Shown: positions 18,987 through 29,158 of the stretch, one piece after another | Numbering within the stretch: position 1 is the first letter of the stretch | How the letters are laid out: every line of letters begins with the position of its first letter | Translations under genes and position numbers: made by a program | The notes under the pieces: generated by a model | What the model saw: only the letters and a program-made list of their open reading frames with translations | Told to the model about the DNA's origin: nothing | Databases searched by the model: none | DNA from: an uncultured Christensenellaceae bacterium | GTDB lineage: Bacteria; Bacillota; Clostridia; Christensenellales; CAG-314 | DNA length: 64,000 nt | Reading direction: 5' to 3' | NCBI GenBank assembly: GCA_910585195.1 | Contig: CAJUCX010000009.1 | Location: 43-64,042 of the forward strand

Positions 18987-19746
18987 TTTCTTCCGACGGA
19001 ATGAATACGTCTATGTAATTTGGATTTTTTTCGATATATATTTCTTCGAAAGCGTCGTCTTGTTTTACGAAAATATATTGAAATTTAAGCAGTTCAAGCA
19101 TAGCGGAAAACGTAACCACGACTTCCATTTTTGTAACTCCGTCGTCAAATAAATTTGAAAACTCCACTTTCTCTTTTTTGTTTAACGCGTCTTGAATGTA
19201 AATTATTTTATCGGCAACGCTGAATTGGTCTTTTAATATGTGCTTTGAGTTGTCTTCCGTACTTCTTGTGTTGACCTTGTGTAAAAGTTTTGCAAACGCG
19301 TCAAGCAAGTTATCAAGCGACATATCTTTTGCAACAAAGCGCGTGCTGATTTTTATATCATCCAGTGGCTTATATAATCTATCGACTGTCTCTATATCTT
19401 TAAGTTTTGCGGAAATTTCTTTGAAGCGCTTATATTCTTCCAAATTGCGAATAAATTCCTTTTCAGGCGAAGATTCCTCGTCTTCGTTAGGAATAACAGG
19501 CAACAGCGAGTGCGATTTTATTTCCATAAGCGTTGCCGCAATTGCCATATATTCGCTTGCCTTATCAACGTCGATTGTAGACAGTTGGTTCATATACAGC
19601 AAAAATTGGTCGGTAACTTGCGAAACGAAAATATCTTTAATTTCTATCTTTGCTTCTTTTACCAAATGCAGTAGCAAATCCAACGGTCCTTCGAAGTTGC
19701 TGAGTTTTAATTCAAGTTCATTCGCTTTGTAAATTTGTTCTTCCAT
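18967..19746 (-). CDS. scpA: Segregation and condensation protein A (kleisin)
   Basis: 259 aa. N-terminal FEGPLDLLLHLV motif typical of ScpA. Confidence 0.92.
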   Translation of the reverse strand: MEEQIYKANELELKLSNFEGPLDLLLHLVKEAKIEIKDIFVSQVTDQFLLYMNQLSTIDVDKASEYMAIAATLMEIKSHSLLPVIPNEDEESSPEKEFIRNLEEYKRFKEISAKLKDIETVDRLYKPLDDIKISTRFVAKDMSLDNLLDAFAKLLHKVNTRSTEDNSKHILKDQFSVADKIIYIQDALNKKEKVEFSNLFDDGVTKMEVVVTFSAMLELLKFQYIFVKQDDAFEEIYIEKNPNYIDVFIPSEENEEYNG

Positions 19747-19752
19747 AGTTTG

Positions 19753-20496
19753 TTATAACCCAAATAATCCCCAAAAACCTGTAAATAACCGCAATAGCAA
19801 GTTGCTGAACGTACTTATATACCAAGTAAACGGTTCGAATATAGGAAGATAACTTAATACAATTATTGCAATAAAAAGAATAAAACTGTATCTTCTTAAA
19901 AATTCTACAAACCTGTTGCCGTAACTGCAAAAACCTTCCAAAACCCTAAAACCGTCAAGCGGATATAACGGTAATATATTAAACAGCGCAAGGCTAATGT
20001 GAATTAAGGTTGAAAAAAATAAAAAGAAATACAGCAAATATATAAGTAAATATAAGAAATTACTGTTTACCAACGTTTCTGCCGGTACAAATGCGCCCAA
20101 CAACATATACAACAAAGTGCATATAAACGCAGAAATTAGGTTCATAAAGATACCCGCCAAAGAAACAAGTATCGTGTCGCGTTTTTGGTTGTTGAGATTA
20201 TAAAAATTGACGGGAACAGGTTTTGCCCAACCGAACCCCACCAAAATAAGCATTATGCCGCCCAACGGGTCAATATGCTTTATCGGGTTAATCGTCATTC
20301 TTCCTGAAAGTTTTGCTGTGCTGTCCCCGCACTTATATGCAACGAAAGCGTGTCCGAATTCGTGGATAGAAAGTGCAAATAGTATCGCCAAAATGTAAGC
20401 AGCAAGGCACAGTATACTTTCTACAGTAGTAGACGCCGTAATATCTGTCCAAGGCAAAGAATATACCCAAGGTCTTTCAAAAAAGTCAAAAATCAT
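19753..20496 (-). CDS. Site-2 protease family (peptidase M50) membrane metalloprotease
   Basis: 247-aa polytopic protein with HEFGHAFVA (HExxH) and a downstream LPLYPLDG motif. Confidence 0.85.
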   Translation of the reverse strand: MIFDFFERPWVYSLPWTDITASTTVESILCLAAYILAILFALSIHEFGHAFVAYKCGDSTAKLSGRMTINPIKHIDPLGGIMLILVGFGWAKPVPVNFYNLNNQKRDTILVSLAGIFMNLISAFICTLLYMLLGAFVPAETLVNSNFLYLLIYLLYFFLFFSTLIHISLALFNILPLYPLDGFRVLEGFCSYGNRFVEFLRRYSFILFIAIIVLSYLPIFEPFTWYISTFSNLLLRLFTGFWGLFGL

Positions 20497-20522
20497 AATT
20501 CACCTAATTCACTTATTTAGAT

Positions 20523-20551
20523 AATATAACAATATTTTTTCTTTCTGTCAA
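20523..20551 (-). promoter_or_regulatory. SigmaA-type promoter of the M50-scpA-scpB unit
   Basis: Minus strand: TTGACA (20551-20546), 17 nt ending in TGT (extended -10), TATATT (20528-20523). Confidence 0.55.
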
Positions 20552-20611
20552 TTTTACGCAGATAATAAAAGTACTTATCTTAAATGATAAGTCTCATTAA
20601 AAATGATATAA

Positions 20612-20639
20612 AAAAAGAAGCGCAAATGCGCTCCTTTTT
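20612..20639 (-). terminator. Rho-independent terminator of the upstream carboxypeptidase gene
   Basis: Minus-strand RNA GGAGCGCAUUUGCGCUUC followed by UUUUUUUAU, directly after the stop at 20640. Confidence 0.75.
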
Positions 20640-21803
20640 TTACCATTGTTTAATTATATTATTTAACGAATCGAAATAATTTGCTTTTTCTATTGTTTCC
20701 GTTGCCACTAAGTTTACTTCTTTCAAAACAGTTTCGCCGTCTTTGATATATGCTTTACCTACGACGTCGCCCTTTGCAACAGGTGCTTTGACATTTTTTT
20801 CGAGTTCAATTACCAATTCGCCTTTTTGTTCGCCCTTTTTGCCAAACAAGTTTAAGTTTTGCTCGGCCTCTGCTTTTACGGTATCGGATTTGCCGCCGCT
20901 TACAGAAACTTCTTCATTTATTTTTTCACCTTTTTTCAAGAACGGTTTAGATTGGTAATTTGCAAATCCATAGTCAAACAGCATTTTGTTTTCGTTAAAT
21001 CTAGTACTACTGTCAGGACCGCCCACTATTACGGAAACAAGTCTCATATCATTTCTCATTGCCGTTGCGGCAAGACAGTGTTTTGCTTCTGCCGTATAGC
21101 CTGTTTTACCTGCATCGCAACCGTTATATTGTCTGATAAGTTTGTTTGTATTTGTAAGTCCGGTTACCCTTCCGCTTGGATGTACGAAATCATCCATCCA
21201 AATTTTAGTATAACGGAAGTAGTCCTGATGTTTAATCAATTCATTAAACATTTTGCCAACGTCTCTTGCGGTAGAAAATTGTCCGACAACGGGCAACCCC
21301 GTACAATTTACAAAGACAGTATTTTCCATACCTAGTTGATTTGCCTTATTGTTCATTTGCTCTACAAAACTTTCAACGCTGCCGCTGATATGTTCTGCCA
21401 TGGCAACACAACTGTCGTTTGCCGAAGCAATCGCTATACTTTTTATCAAATCATCGGCTTTATATTGACTGCCTGCGTCTAAAAATGCTTGCGAGCCGCC
21501 CATCGATGCGGAACGTTGACTTACGGTTACCGTGTCATCATAAGAAATCTTACCTGCGTCGGCATTTTCAAAGCACAGCAATAATGTCATTATTTTTACC
21601 ATACTTGCAATTGGTCTGCGTTCGTCTGCATTCGATTCAAACAAAACTTCACCAGTGTCCGACGACATAAGCACTGCCGATTTCGATTGCAACTGCATTC
21701 CGCTTGCTTGTATTTTTGCTTCAACGGCATTTGCGCTGTTCATTCCGCAAAACAGAAATACAGCCAACATCCCGCTTAAAACAAACAATAATTTTCGTTT
21801 CAT
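20640..21803 (-). CDS. D-alanyl-D-alanine carboxypeptidase (peptidase S11), second paralog
   Basis: 387 aa. Signal peptide, SxxK ASMVKIMT, SAN (ASAND), KTG (GKTGYT). Confidence 0.9.
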   Translation of the reverse strand: MKRKLLFVLSGMLAVFLFCGMNSANAVEAKIQASGMQLQSKSAVLMSSDTGEVLFESNADERRPIASMVKIMTLLLCFENADAGKISYDDTVTVSQRSASMGGSQAFLDAGSQYKADDLIKSIAIASANDSCVAMAEHISGSVESFVEQMNNKANQLGMENTVFVNCTGLPVVGQFSTARDVGKMFNELIKHQDYFRYTKIWMDDFVHPSGRVTGLTNTNKLIRQYNGCDAGKTGYTAEAKHCLAATAMRNDMRLVSVIVGGPDSSTRFNENKMLFDYGFANYQSKPFLKKGEKINEEVSVSGGKSDTVKAEAEQNLNLFGKKGEQKGELVIELEKNVKAPVAKGDVVGKAYIKDGETVLKEVNLVATETIEKANYFDSLNNIIKQW

Positions 21804-21852
21804 ACCCTTTCACCTCGTCATTAGTATTTGTAGGTTTAACCGGTTTAATTCT

Positions 21853-22443
21853 TTAACAAGACAATAAAATGGGTTTTAGAATTACGAAAATTAAAATACA
21901 CTCTGCAAGTGCCAAAATAACGCAAAGAAATGCCAAGAATATAATGAAGTCTTTTGAATTATTTTTTATGCAAATATTATTACAGTAATAGTAAGATGAA
22001 ATTATCGCAATTACCAATAATAAGGCAAGCTGTTGCAGTGAAAAAATCAAAAGCACAAACAAAATCGCAATTATTGAAAAAGTGGCTAAAAGCACTTTTA
22101 CCGAGCATAAAAACGCTATGCCCCTAATTAAAATGAGCAGATAACCCAACCAAAAAGTAAATTTATTTTGCGACAATAAAATAAATATCACGGAAAACAC
22201 TACAAGAGTTAATAAAAATCTCCAAAGCGCCCCAAAAAAATTGCCCATATAAAATAAATCTATAAACCAATTTATCGAGCTATTAAAAAAAATCAACGTG
22301 CTTGCATTGGAAAACAAAATCCCCAGAATTATTCCAAGCAGAAAGGTTGCAACGTAAGATATTGCAACCCATAAGTTTCTTTTGAGATAATATATAGCGT
22401 CAAAAAGATTGTTTTTAATGTTCTGTATTATACCGTTAAACAT
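21853..22443 (-). CDS. Polytopic membrane protein, possibly SpoIIM/DUF95-like
   Basis: 196 aa with ~5-6 hydrophobic helices and no recognisable catalytic motif. Size, topology and position next to spoIVB only suggest SpoIIM-like. Confidence 0.3.
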   Translation of the reverse strand: MFNGIIQNIKNNLFDAIYYLKRNLWVAISYVATFLLGIILGILFSNASTLIFFNSSINWFIDLFYMGNFFGALWRFLLTLVVFSVIFILLSQNKFTFWLGYLLILIRGIAFLCSVKVLLATFSIIAILFVLLIFSLQQLALLLVIAIISSYYYCNNICIKNNSKDFIIFLAFLCVILALAECILIFVILKPILLSC

Positions 22444-22479
22444 ATGACAATATATGTCATAAAAATCTGTTTTATGCTT

Positions 22480-23583
22480 TTATTCCGTAAGCATCCACTG
22501 AGCAAACATTCCGAATCCGCGCGTCGGGTCATTTATAAATACGTGAGTTACCGCCCCTACAATTTTCCCGTTTTGTATTATCGGACTTCCGCTCATTCCT
22601 TGTACTATTCCGCCTGCTTTTTCCAGCAGCTCTGTGTCGGTAACTTTAATTACCAATCCTTTATCGTCTTTTTGCGTTTGATTAGTTACCTTAACAATTT
22701 CTATGTCGTAATATTTAGGCGTTTCACCCAAGATTGTAGAATATATTTGTGCTTTGCCCGGTTTAACTTCTGCAATATTTGCTACTTCAATAGTATTTTT
22801 TGAATCAAAAACCTCTGGATAAGCACTTAATTGACCGTACACGCCGAATTTATTGTTTTTATATATTTTCCCTATTTCTTTTGTATTCAAAAATGCGCCT
22901 TTAAGCTCACCCGCGTCGCCTTTAACGCCTTTGTTTATTCCTAATATCGTGCATTCGTAAACGCTTCCGCCCGTTATTTCAACAATTTCACCGTTTTTTG
23001 TTGTAATAGGATGACCTAATGATGCAAAGTATTTGCCGTCCTTAACAAAGGTAAGAGTGCCTACACCGTTGCTGACGTCTTTTGCCCATAAACCCAACTT
23101 ATAATTGCCTGACAATACGTCGCATTGCGGAGTTATGAAAGTTTCATACTCTTGACCGTTTCTTAAATAAGTAACCGTTAATTCCCCTGTTTTGGAATTT
23201 GTATATTTACTCAAATCGCTTACTCTTGAAACTTTTTTTCCGTTGATTTTAATAATTTTGTCGCCTATCGTCAAACCTGACTCCGATGCAGGACATTTTG
23301 CGCCGTTTTCCGTAATAATTTCTGAAAATCCCATTACTTCTATGCCGTCGTTTTCAAGACTCAGTCCGATAGGTATACCGCCCAAAATTACAGTGCCTAA
23401 GTCTTCGTATTTTTGTTTCGGAGCAAACATATCTGCGATATCGTCGAATAAGTCGGCATTTGACTGTACGGCGTCTTGAGCCGATACGTCAGGCGAAAGC
23501 GCAAAAATGTTGTTTGGCATAATTATAAACAACATTAAAAATGCGCATAAAAACAAAACAAACTTAATCTTTTTCATTTTCAC
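22480..23583 (-). CDS. spoIVB: SpoIVB peptidase (S55) with PDZ domain
   Basis: 367 aa. N-terminal TM/signal, PDZ segment (GLTIGDKIIKINGKKV), and catalytic region GIVQGMSGSPIIQNGKIVGAVTHVF. recN-spoIVB synteny. Confidence 0.92.
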   Translation of the reverse strand: MKMKKIKFVLFLCAFLMLFIIMPNNIFALSPDVSAQDAVQSNADLFDDIADMFAPKQKYEDLGTVILGGIPIGLSLENDGIEVMGFSEIITENGAKCPASESGLTIGDKIIKINGKKVSRVSDLSKYTNSKTGELTVTYLRNGQEYETFITPQCDVLSGNYKLGLWAKDVSNGVGTLTFVKDGKYFASLGHPITTKNGEIVEITGGSVYECTILGINKGVKGDAGELKGAFLNTKEIGKIYKNNKFGVYGQLSAYPEVFDSKNTIEVANIAEVKPGKAQIYSTILGETPKYYDIEIVKVTNQTQKDDKGLVIKVTDTELLEKAGGIVQGMSGSPIIQNGKIVGAVTHVFINDPTRGFGMFAQWMLTE

Positions 23584-23625
23584 CTCATAACAAGATTAGT
23601 TTGATACGTTTTTGCTACATTATGC

Positions 23626-23660
23626 AAAAAAAAAGACGCTTTTGTAAGCGTTCTTTTTAC
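23626..23660 (-). terminator. Rho-independent terminator of recN
   Basis: Minus-strand RNA AGAACGCUUACAAAAGCGUCU followed by U9, 8 nt after the recN stop. Confidence 0.75.
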
Positions 23661-23667
23661 AGTGTAT

Positions 23668-25350
23668 TTACAGAGATTTTTTATAATTATCTGCCCATTG
23701 TATCAGGTCTTTTGCGTGCAGTTGACCGTATTCTCCTATGTCGCCGCCTACTAAGCGGCCTATTTCTTTAAGTTTACCGTCAAAGTTTAACGGTGTTACC
23801 GTCGTTTTTGTTTTATTTTCGGTTACCGATTTTTCTATCAAAAGATGTGCGTCTGACATAGACGCAATTTGCGGCAAATGAGTAATGACAAGACATTGAT
23901 AGTGTTTGGATATTTTTGCCAATTTACATCCAACAACTTCTGCAATTTTGCCGCTTATTCCGCTGTCGATTTCATCAAATACCATAGTCGGTATTTTTTC
24001 TATCGTTGCTGTAATATTTTTTAATGCAAGCATAAAACGGCTCATTTCGCCGCCGCTTATGATTTTCGCAAGCGGTTTTATAGGTTCTCCCTTATTTGCG
24101 GAAAAATAAAATTCTATTTTATCAAAACCGTTTTTACCGCAACCGCAAAAGGCGCTTTGTTGCGGCATATCTGAAAAAACAACGGCAAACGTTGTGTTTT
24201 TCATACCCAAGTCTTGAAGTTCCGTCATAATTTTATTTTCAAATTTTGTTGCGGTTTCTCTTCTGAATAACGATAAATTTTTTGCAGCAGCGTAAAGTTG
24301 CAAAAGAATATTTTCTTTTTTCTCTTTTAATTGCGAAATAATTTCGTCGGAATGCGTAAGCTCGTCCAGTTTTTGTTTTGCATTCTTACAAAAATCAAGT
24401 ACTGCGGCAATACTTCCGCCGTATTTCTTTTTTAACAGTTTAATTTTGTCAAGGCGATTTTCTATCATGTCCATTTCATATTGGTCAAATTTCAACTCGC
24501 TTAAAAAGTTTTCAACCGTTTCGCAAATATCTTGCAATTCATATTTTACAGAACTTAATCTTTGCGATGCGGTTTCATATTTTTTATCTATATTATCTAT
24601 TTGTACGAGATAATTTAAGGCAGAACTTATTTTATCAAGACTGCTGTTTTCACCTGACAGTAAACTCAGCGCAGAAGAACAAGCGTAAGTAATCTTTTCC
24701 ATACTTTTGGCTTTTTGTCTCTGTGCAGATAAATCTTCGTCTTCTCCGTCGAATAATTCTGCAGATTCTATTTCGTTTATTTGAAAAGACAGCATATCTG
24801 CAAGGCGTTCTCTTTCGCTGTCATCTCCGCCGAATTTGTCGAGTTGTTTATTTATATCGTCAAGTTGTACGCTTAAATCTGAAACGATATTTTTTAATTT
24901 TGCATTATCGCCGAAGCCGTCCAAAATTCCTAAATGATTTTCTTGCCTCAACAAATACGTTTGCTCATTCTGACCAAACACGTCCACCAATGACGCCGAA
25001 ATTTGCTTTAAGACAGATTGACTTGCAATTCGCCCGTTTATTCTTATTTCGTTTTTACCGCCAACAGACATGATTCTGGACACCGTAAACAAGTCATCTT
25101 CCGATTCATACCCGTTTTGTTGAAAAACATTGTTTTCTTCGCATTGAAAAACCGCTTCAGCAAATGCGGAAGTTTCTCCTGATTTTATAAGCGTTTTGTC
25201 TGCGCGCGACCCTAAAACAAATATAAGAGAATCGATAACTATGGATTTGCCCGCGCCTGTTTCGCCGCTTAAAATATTAAGTCCATTTGAAAACTCTATG
25301 TTTGCTTCGTCAATAAGAGCAATGTTTTTTATATACAGACTTTTTAACAT
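23668..25350 (-). CDS. recN: DNA repair protein RecN
   Basis: 560 aa. N-terminal Walker A GETGAGKS, long coiled coil, C-terminal ISGGEMSR and FDEIDSGISG. Confidence 0.95.
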   Translation of the reverse strand: MLKSLYIKNIALIDEANIEFSNGLNILSGETGAGKSIVIDSLIFVLGSRADKTLIKSGETSAFAEAVFQCEENNVFQQNGYESEDDLFTVSRIMSVGGKNEIRINGRIASQSVLKQISASLVDVFGQNEQTYLLRQENHLGILDGFGDNAKLKNIVSDLSVQLDDINKQLDKFGGDDSERERLADMLSFQINEIESAELFDGEDEDLSAQRQKAKSMEKITYACSSALSLLSGENSSLDKISSALNYLVQIDNIDKKYETASQRLSSVKYELQDICETVENFLSELKFDQYEMDMIENRLDKIKLLKKKYGGSIAAVLDFCKNAKQKLDELTHSDEIISQLKEKKENILLQLYAAAKNLSLFRRETATKFENKIMTELQDLGMKNTTFAVVFSDMPQQSAFCGCGKNGFDKIEFYFSANKGEPIKPLAKIISGGEMSRFMLALKNITATIEKIPTMVFDEIDSGISGKIAEVVGCKLAKISKHYQCLVITHLPQIASMSDAHLLIEKSVTENKTKTTVTPLNFDGKLKEIGRLVGGDIGEYGQLHAKDLIQWADNYKKSL

Positions 25351-25352
25351 AA

Positions 25353-25805
25353 TTATTCGCTAATCCCCAGCAGTTTTTGATTAAGTATATATGCGTCCTC
25401 ATTTGACTTTGCGATAATCAACAACGTGTCGTCCCCTGCTACGCTACCGAACATTTCAGGAAAGTGCATTTGGTCTATTACCATTGCAACGGCATTAGCG
25501 CTGCCGCTCAATGTTTTTACTATAACCAAATTGTTTGCGGATACTATTGTAATTACCGCTTCGCGAAAAACGTTCAAAAGTTTTTCCGAAATTTTTATAT
25601 CTTTGGATTTTACCGAAGTATATTTATAGGTGTTATTTGCAGACAGAGTTTTTACAAGCCCCAACTCTTTTATATCGCGTGAAATCGTTGCTTGCGTAAC
25701 GGCTATGCCGCAAGCCGACAATTCGGCAACAAGTTCTTCCTGAGTTTCGATATCTTTATTTGTAATAATATCCAATATTTTTGATTGTCTTGTGCTTCTC
25801 GACAT
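25353..25805 (-). CDS. argR: Arginine repressor
   Basis: MSRSTRQSKILDII..., winged helix (VTQATISRDIKELGLVK), C-terminal GSVAGDDTLLI. Internal ATG 25805 chosen to avoid overlap with nadK. Confidence 0.92.
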   Translation of the reverse strand: MSRSTRQSKILDIITNKDIETQEELVAELSACGIAVTQATISRDIKELGLVKTLSANNTYKYTSVKSKDIKISEKLLNVFREAVITIVSANNLVIVKTLSGSANAVAMVIDQMHFPEMFGSVAGDDTLLIIAKSNEDAYILNQKLLGISE

Positions 25806-25810
25806 TGCGC

Positions 25811-26626
25811 TCACCCCTTTTTGAAATTGTTCCATTGAACAAGTTTTGTATATAATTTATCGTAAAAATTGCGGTTGCCTATCTTTATAAATTCTACTGA
25901 TAAATCTGATTTTTGCACGGAAATTTTTGTGCCTTTCTTTAATCCCGTGGCAACTTCTTTGCCATCGATATATATCGAATTGTCGTCGTCTCTGCTTTGT
26001 ACATCAATTTCAATAACTTCATTTTCATTAAAGACTATAGGTCTGTTATGCAACGAGTGTACGCAAAGCGGTGTCAGCACCAACGCATTTATTTTTGGGC
26101 TTAAAATAGGACCGCTTGAAGAAAGCGAGTACCCCGTAGAGCCTGTCGGCGTAGAAACTATAACTCCGTCTCCTTCGTAAGTATCGATAAATACTCCGTC
26201 GCACCTAATATCTATTTTGCTTATGCTGTTTCTTTTTTCTTTTACGACGAGAATTTCGTTTAAGGCATTGAACGTTTTGTCATTAAACAAAATTTTCATC
26301 ATCATTCTGCTTTCGGTGGTATACTTTTTTGCATTTATGTACTTTAATGCAGTTTCAAACTCAAAAAGTTCTATTTCAGTCAAAAATCCCATACGACCGT
26401 TGTTTACCGACAAAATCGGAACGTTTGCCTTTGCCGATTCTTCGCAAACGTTAAGTATCGTCCCGTCTCCGCCTACAACAACCAAAATATCAATTTTTTT
26501 ATCTTGAATTTTTGTGCCGTTTATTATTTCCGCCTCAAAATTGCATTGTGTAGCCGCAGATACAAGATTTGCCGCTATAGACAGCTTTTCGTCTTTGCTT
26601 GTGTTGGTATAAATGCCTAAACGCAT
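25811..26626 (-). CDS. nadK: NAD+ kinase
   Basis: 271 aa with GGDGT motif (VVVGGDGTILN) and STPTGSTGYSLS motif. Confidence 0.93.
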   Translation of the reverse strand: MRLGIYTNTSKDEKLSIAANLVSAATQCNFEAEIINGTKIQDKKIDILVVVGGDGTILNVCEESAKANVPILSVNNGRMGFLTEIELFEFETALKYINAKKYTTESRMMMKILFNDKTFNALNEILVVKEKRNSISKIDIRCDGVFIDTYEGDGVIVSTPTGSTGYSLSSSGPILSPKINALVLTPLCVHSLHNRPIVFNENEVIEIDVQSRDDDNSIYIDGKEVATGLKKGTKISVQKSDLSVEFIKIGNRNFYDKLYTKLVQWNNFKKG

Positions 26627-26693
26627 AATTCCCTCCGCAGTAAGTAATTATACAATATTATTTATAATTATTCAACTTAATTTATAAAAAATA

Positions 26694-26738
26694 TGCAAAT
26701 TTACAAACTAATAAACTATTGTATATTGTAAATTTGCA
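26694..26738. repeat. Perfect 13-bp inverted repeat (probable AT-rich dxs terminator and/or operator upstream of nadK-argR-recN)
   Basis: tgcaaatttacaa (26694-26706) and ttgtaaatttgca (26726-26738), 19-nt spacer. On the minus strand it is flanked by T-runs. Each arm is itself a 10/12 palindrome, TG(C/T)AAATTT(A/G)CA. Confidence 0.6.
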
Positions 26739-26756
26739 AAAAAATAAAGGGTTAAA

Positions 26757-28571
26757 TTACCCTTTATTTTCTATTATACTTATAATATTTTCAACATTAA
26801 AGCCGTTTTCGTACAACTGTTCTTCTATTGATGCGTGTTTTACGAATTTATCTTTAACGGCAATTATTTTTATATCAATATTTAAATTATTTTCACTTGC
26901 AAATAGAGAAATTTTTTCACCCAGTCCGCCGTATATTTGATTTTCTTCCAACACAATCCACTTTTTATCCTTAGAACGCGCTTTCAATATATTTTCGTCA
27001 AGTGGTTTTACAAACCTGGTGTTGATAATATTTATTTTTTTGTCGTAATGCAGCGCCGCATTTTGCGCAAGTTTTATCATATTTCCGCCGACGGCAAATA
27101 TAGAAATGTCTGAGTCGCAATTTGCAATATATTCCCAAGCGAACGGCACAAATTCCGTATCTTGGTACATATCGTCGGTTTCTTTTGGATATCTTATTGC
27201 CAAAGGCGCATTATACTCTGCGGCAAAACTCAAAGCCTTTTTTAGTTCGTTGGTATCTTTAGGCGCAATGACCGTCATATTCGGTATTGTAGTAAGAAAA
27301 CTTAAATCAAACAATCCTTGATGTGTTTCTCCGTCGGCACCAACAAACCCTGCCCTGTCTATACAAAAAACTACGGGTAAATTATCTATACATACGTCGT
27401 GTAAAATTTGGTCATATGCTCTTTGTAGAAACGTAGAGTAAATTGCTACAAACGGTTTCATTCCGCTCTTTGCCAAGCCGGCGGCAAAAGTTACTGCGTG
27501 TTCTTCTGCAATGCCTACGTCAAAAAATCTGTCTTTATGTTTTTCCGCAAAACAATCGAGCCCCGTGCCGTTTGACATTGCGGCGCAAACTGCGCAAATT
27601 TTATCGTTATTGTCGGCAAGTTCCGTAAGAGTTTTGCCAAATGTTTTTGAGTAAGAATAATTTTTCGGTTGGCAGTCTTTACCGTAAATCCCGTGAAATT
27701 TTTCCGGATTTTGCTCGGCTTCTTTGTATCCCTTACCCTTTTGAGTTACTATATGCAACAAGATAGGACGAGAAAGTTCTTTTTTAATGGATGCAAGAAT
27801 TTTTATGAGTTTTTTAAGGTCATTGCCGTTAAACGGACCGATATATTTTACGCCAAAATTGCTGAAAAACGTATTGCTGCCAAACAAAGATTTCAAGAAA
27901 TTTTTTGTGGCGCGGCAAAACTTAACTATAAATTTACCTATAAGCGGAATTGCCGAGAAAAATCTCGTTAAAAAGTATTTGAACTTATTATAACCGTTTT
28001 TAAGACGCAATCTAGATAAAGAAAGCGAAACGCCGCCTACGTTTTTTGAAATAGACATATCGTTGTCGTTTAGAATGACAAGCATATTTTTCTTGTCTAT
28101 ATTATTTAATGCTTCATATGCCATTCCGCCGGTCAAAGCCCCGTCGCCTATAACAGAAATTACGTTGTACGATTTTTTTTGAAGGTCGCGCGCTTCGCAC
28201 ATACCCAAACCTGCTGAAATTGACGTGCTTGCATGTCCCGTCAAAAACGCATCGGCATTGCTCTCTTTTGGGTTAGAAAAACCGCTCAGCCCACCGTTTT
28301 TGCGTAACGTTTTTAATTCGTCTTTGCGCCCTGTAAGAATTTTATGTATATAACTCTGATGACCGACGTCCCAAATTATTTTGTCTTGCTCGTCAAAAAC
28401 GTAGTGCAATGCAACCGTCAATTCTACAATGCCTAAATTTGAGGCAAGGTGCCCGCCGGTTTCCAAAACCGTGTCTAAAAGAAATTGTCTGATTTCTTGG
28501 CACAGTATTTTTAATTGATTTATATTAAGTTTTTTAAGGTCGTCCAAACCTTTAATACTTTCCAAATACAT
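26757..28571 (-). CDS. dxs: 1-deoxy-D-xylulose-5-phosphate synthase
   Basis: 604 aa. GGHLASNLG, thiamine-PP motif GDGALTGGMAYEALN, DVGIAEEHAVTFAAG. Confidence 0.95.
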   Translation of the reverse strand: MYLESIKGLDDLKKLNINQLKILCQEIRQFLLDTVLETGGHLASNLGIVELTVALHYVFDEQDKIIWDVGHQSYIHKILTGRKDELKTLRKNGGLSGFSNPKESNADAFLTGHASTSISAGLGMCEARDLQKKSYNVISVIGDGALTGGMAYEALNNIDKKNMLVILNDNDMSISKNVGGVSLSLSRLRLKNGYNKFKYFLTRFFSAIPLIGKFIVKFCRATKNFLKSLFGSNTFFSNFGVKYIGPFNGNDLKKLIKILASIKKELSRPILLHIVTQKGKGYKEAEQNPEKFHGIYGKDCQPKNYSYSKTFGKTLTELADNNDKICAVCAAMSNGTGLDCFAEKHKDRFFDVGIAEEHAVTFAAGLAKSGMKPFVAIYSTFLQRAYDQILHDVCIDNLPVVFCIDRAGFVGADGETHQGLFDLSFLTTIPNMTVIAPKDTNELKKALSFAAEYNAPLAIRYPKETDDMYQDTEFVPFAWEYIANCDSDISIFAVGGNMIKLAQNAALHYDKKINIINTRFVKPLDENILKARSKDKKWIVLEENQIYGGLGEKISLFASENNLNIDIKIIAVKDKFVKHASIEEQLYENGFNVENIISIIENKG

Positions 28572-28573
28572 AA

Positions 28574-29158
28574 TTAGTCTTTCTTAAACACAGACAGTGT
28601 TTTTGCGACAAAAAATATAATTTTGTTTGATTTTGACATTGCGTACGATTTGCCCAGTGCTTTGCCTGAAACCATAAGTGCGGCAATAACGGCACTGAAC
28701 AATACGCTGATGAATATAGAACCATTGTTTACAAACTGCATCAATACTATAGCGCCGCCGCAAGCACCGCTGACTATGCCGCAAATATCACCGATTATGT
28801 CCGCGCATACCGACGATACTTTTTCTGCATTTTTGACGAGTTTAACAGCCATTTTTGCACCCTTTACTTTGCGTGCCGACATAGATAAAAACGGCTCTAT
28901 ATCGCAAGCGGTTACGGCAGTGCCTATCATATCGAAGAATATCGAAATCAATATGATGATTATTATCAAAACGTATGCAATTACCAAATTTGTATTGCCG
29001 AGTACAAGCTCCGACAATAGACTGAACACGAATGATAAAAAAAGCGTTATAATAAGAGCATACAAAGGCCACAAATTTTTCTTTTTAGCCTTTTTATGCT
29101 TTTCGTCTTCTTTTTTTTGTTTTTGTATAGGTTGTTGCTCGTCTGAATTGTGTTTCAA
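28574..29158 (-). CDS. oapA: OLE-associated membrane protein OapA-like (4-TM, basic N-terminus)
   Basis: ~194 aa with no ATG start. The likely start is TTG at 29158, 6 nt after GAGG (29168-29165); the track ORF uses TTG at 29170. Four hydrophobic helices and a Lys-rich N-terminus (KQKKEDEKHKKAKKK). The stop is 2 nt before the dxs start, immediately 3' of the OLE-like RNA. Confidence 0.75.
   Translation of the reverse strand: MKHNSDEQQPIQKQKKEDEKHKKAKKKNLWPLYALIITLFLSFVFSLLSELVLGNTNLVIAYVLIIIIILISIFFDMIGTAVTACDIEPFLSMSARKVKGAKMAVKLVKNAEKVSSVCADIIGDICGIVSGACGGAIVLMQFVNNGSIFISVLFSAVIAALMVSGKALGKSYAMSKSNKIIFFVAKTLSVFKKD

Noticed and set aside
23584-23625. A forespore (sigmaF/G) promoter upstream of spoIVB: GCATA-17 nt-CAAACTA on the minus strand.
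   Set aside because: The match to the sigmaG/F consensus is loose and is derived from memory of B. subtilis motifs. It is plausible biologically but not strong enough to list as a feature.
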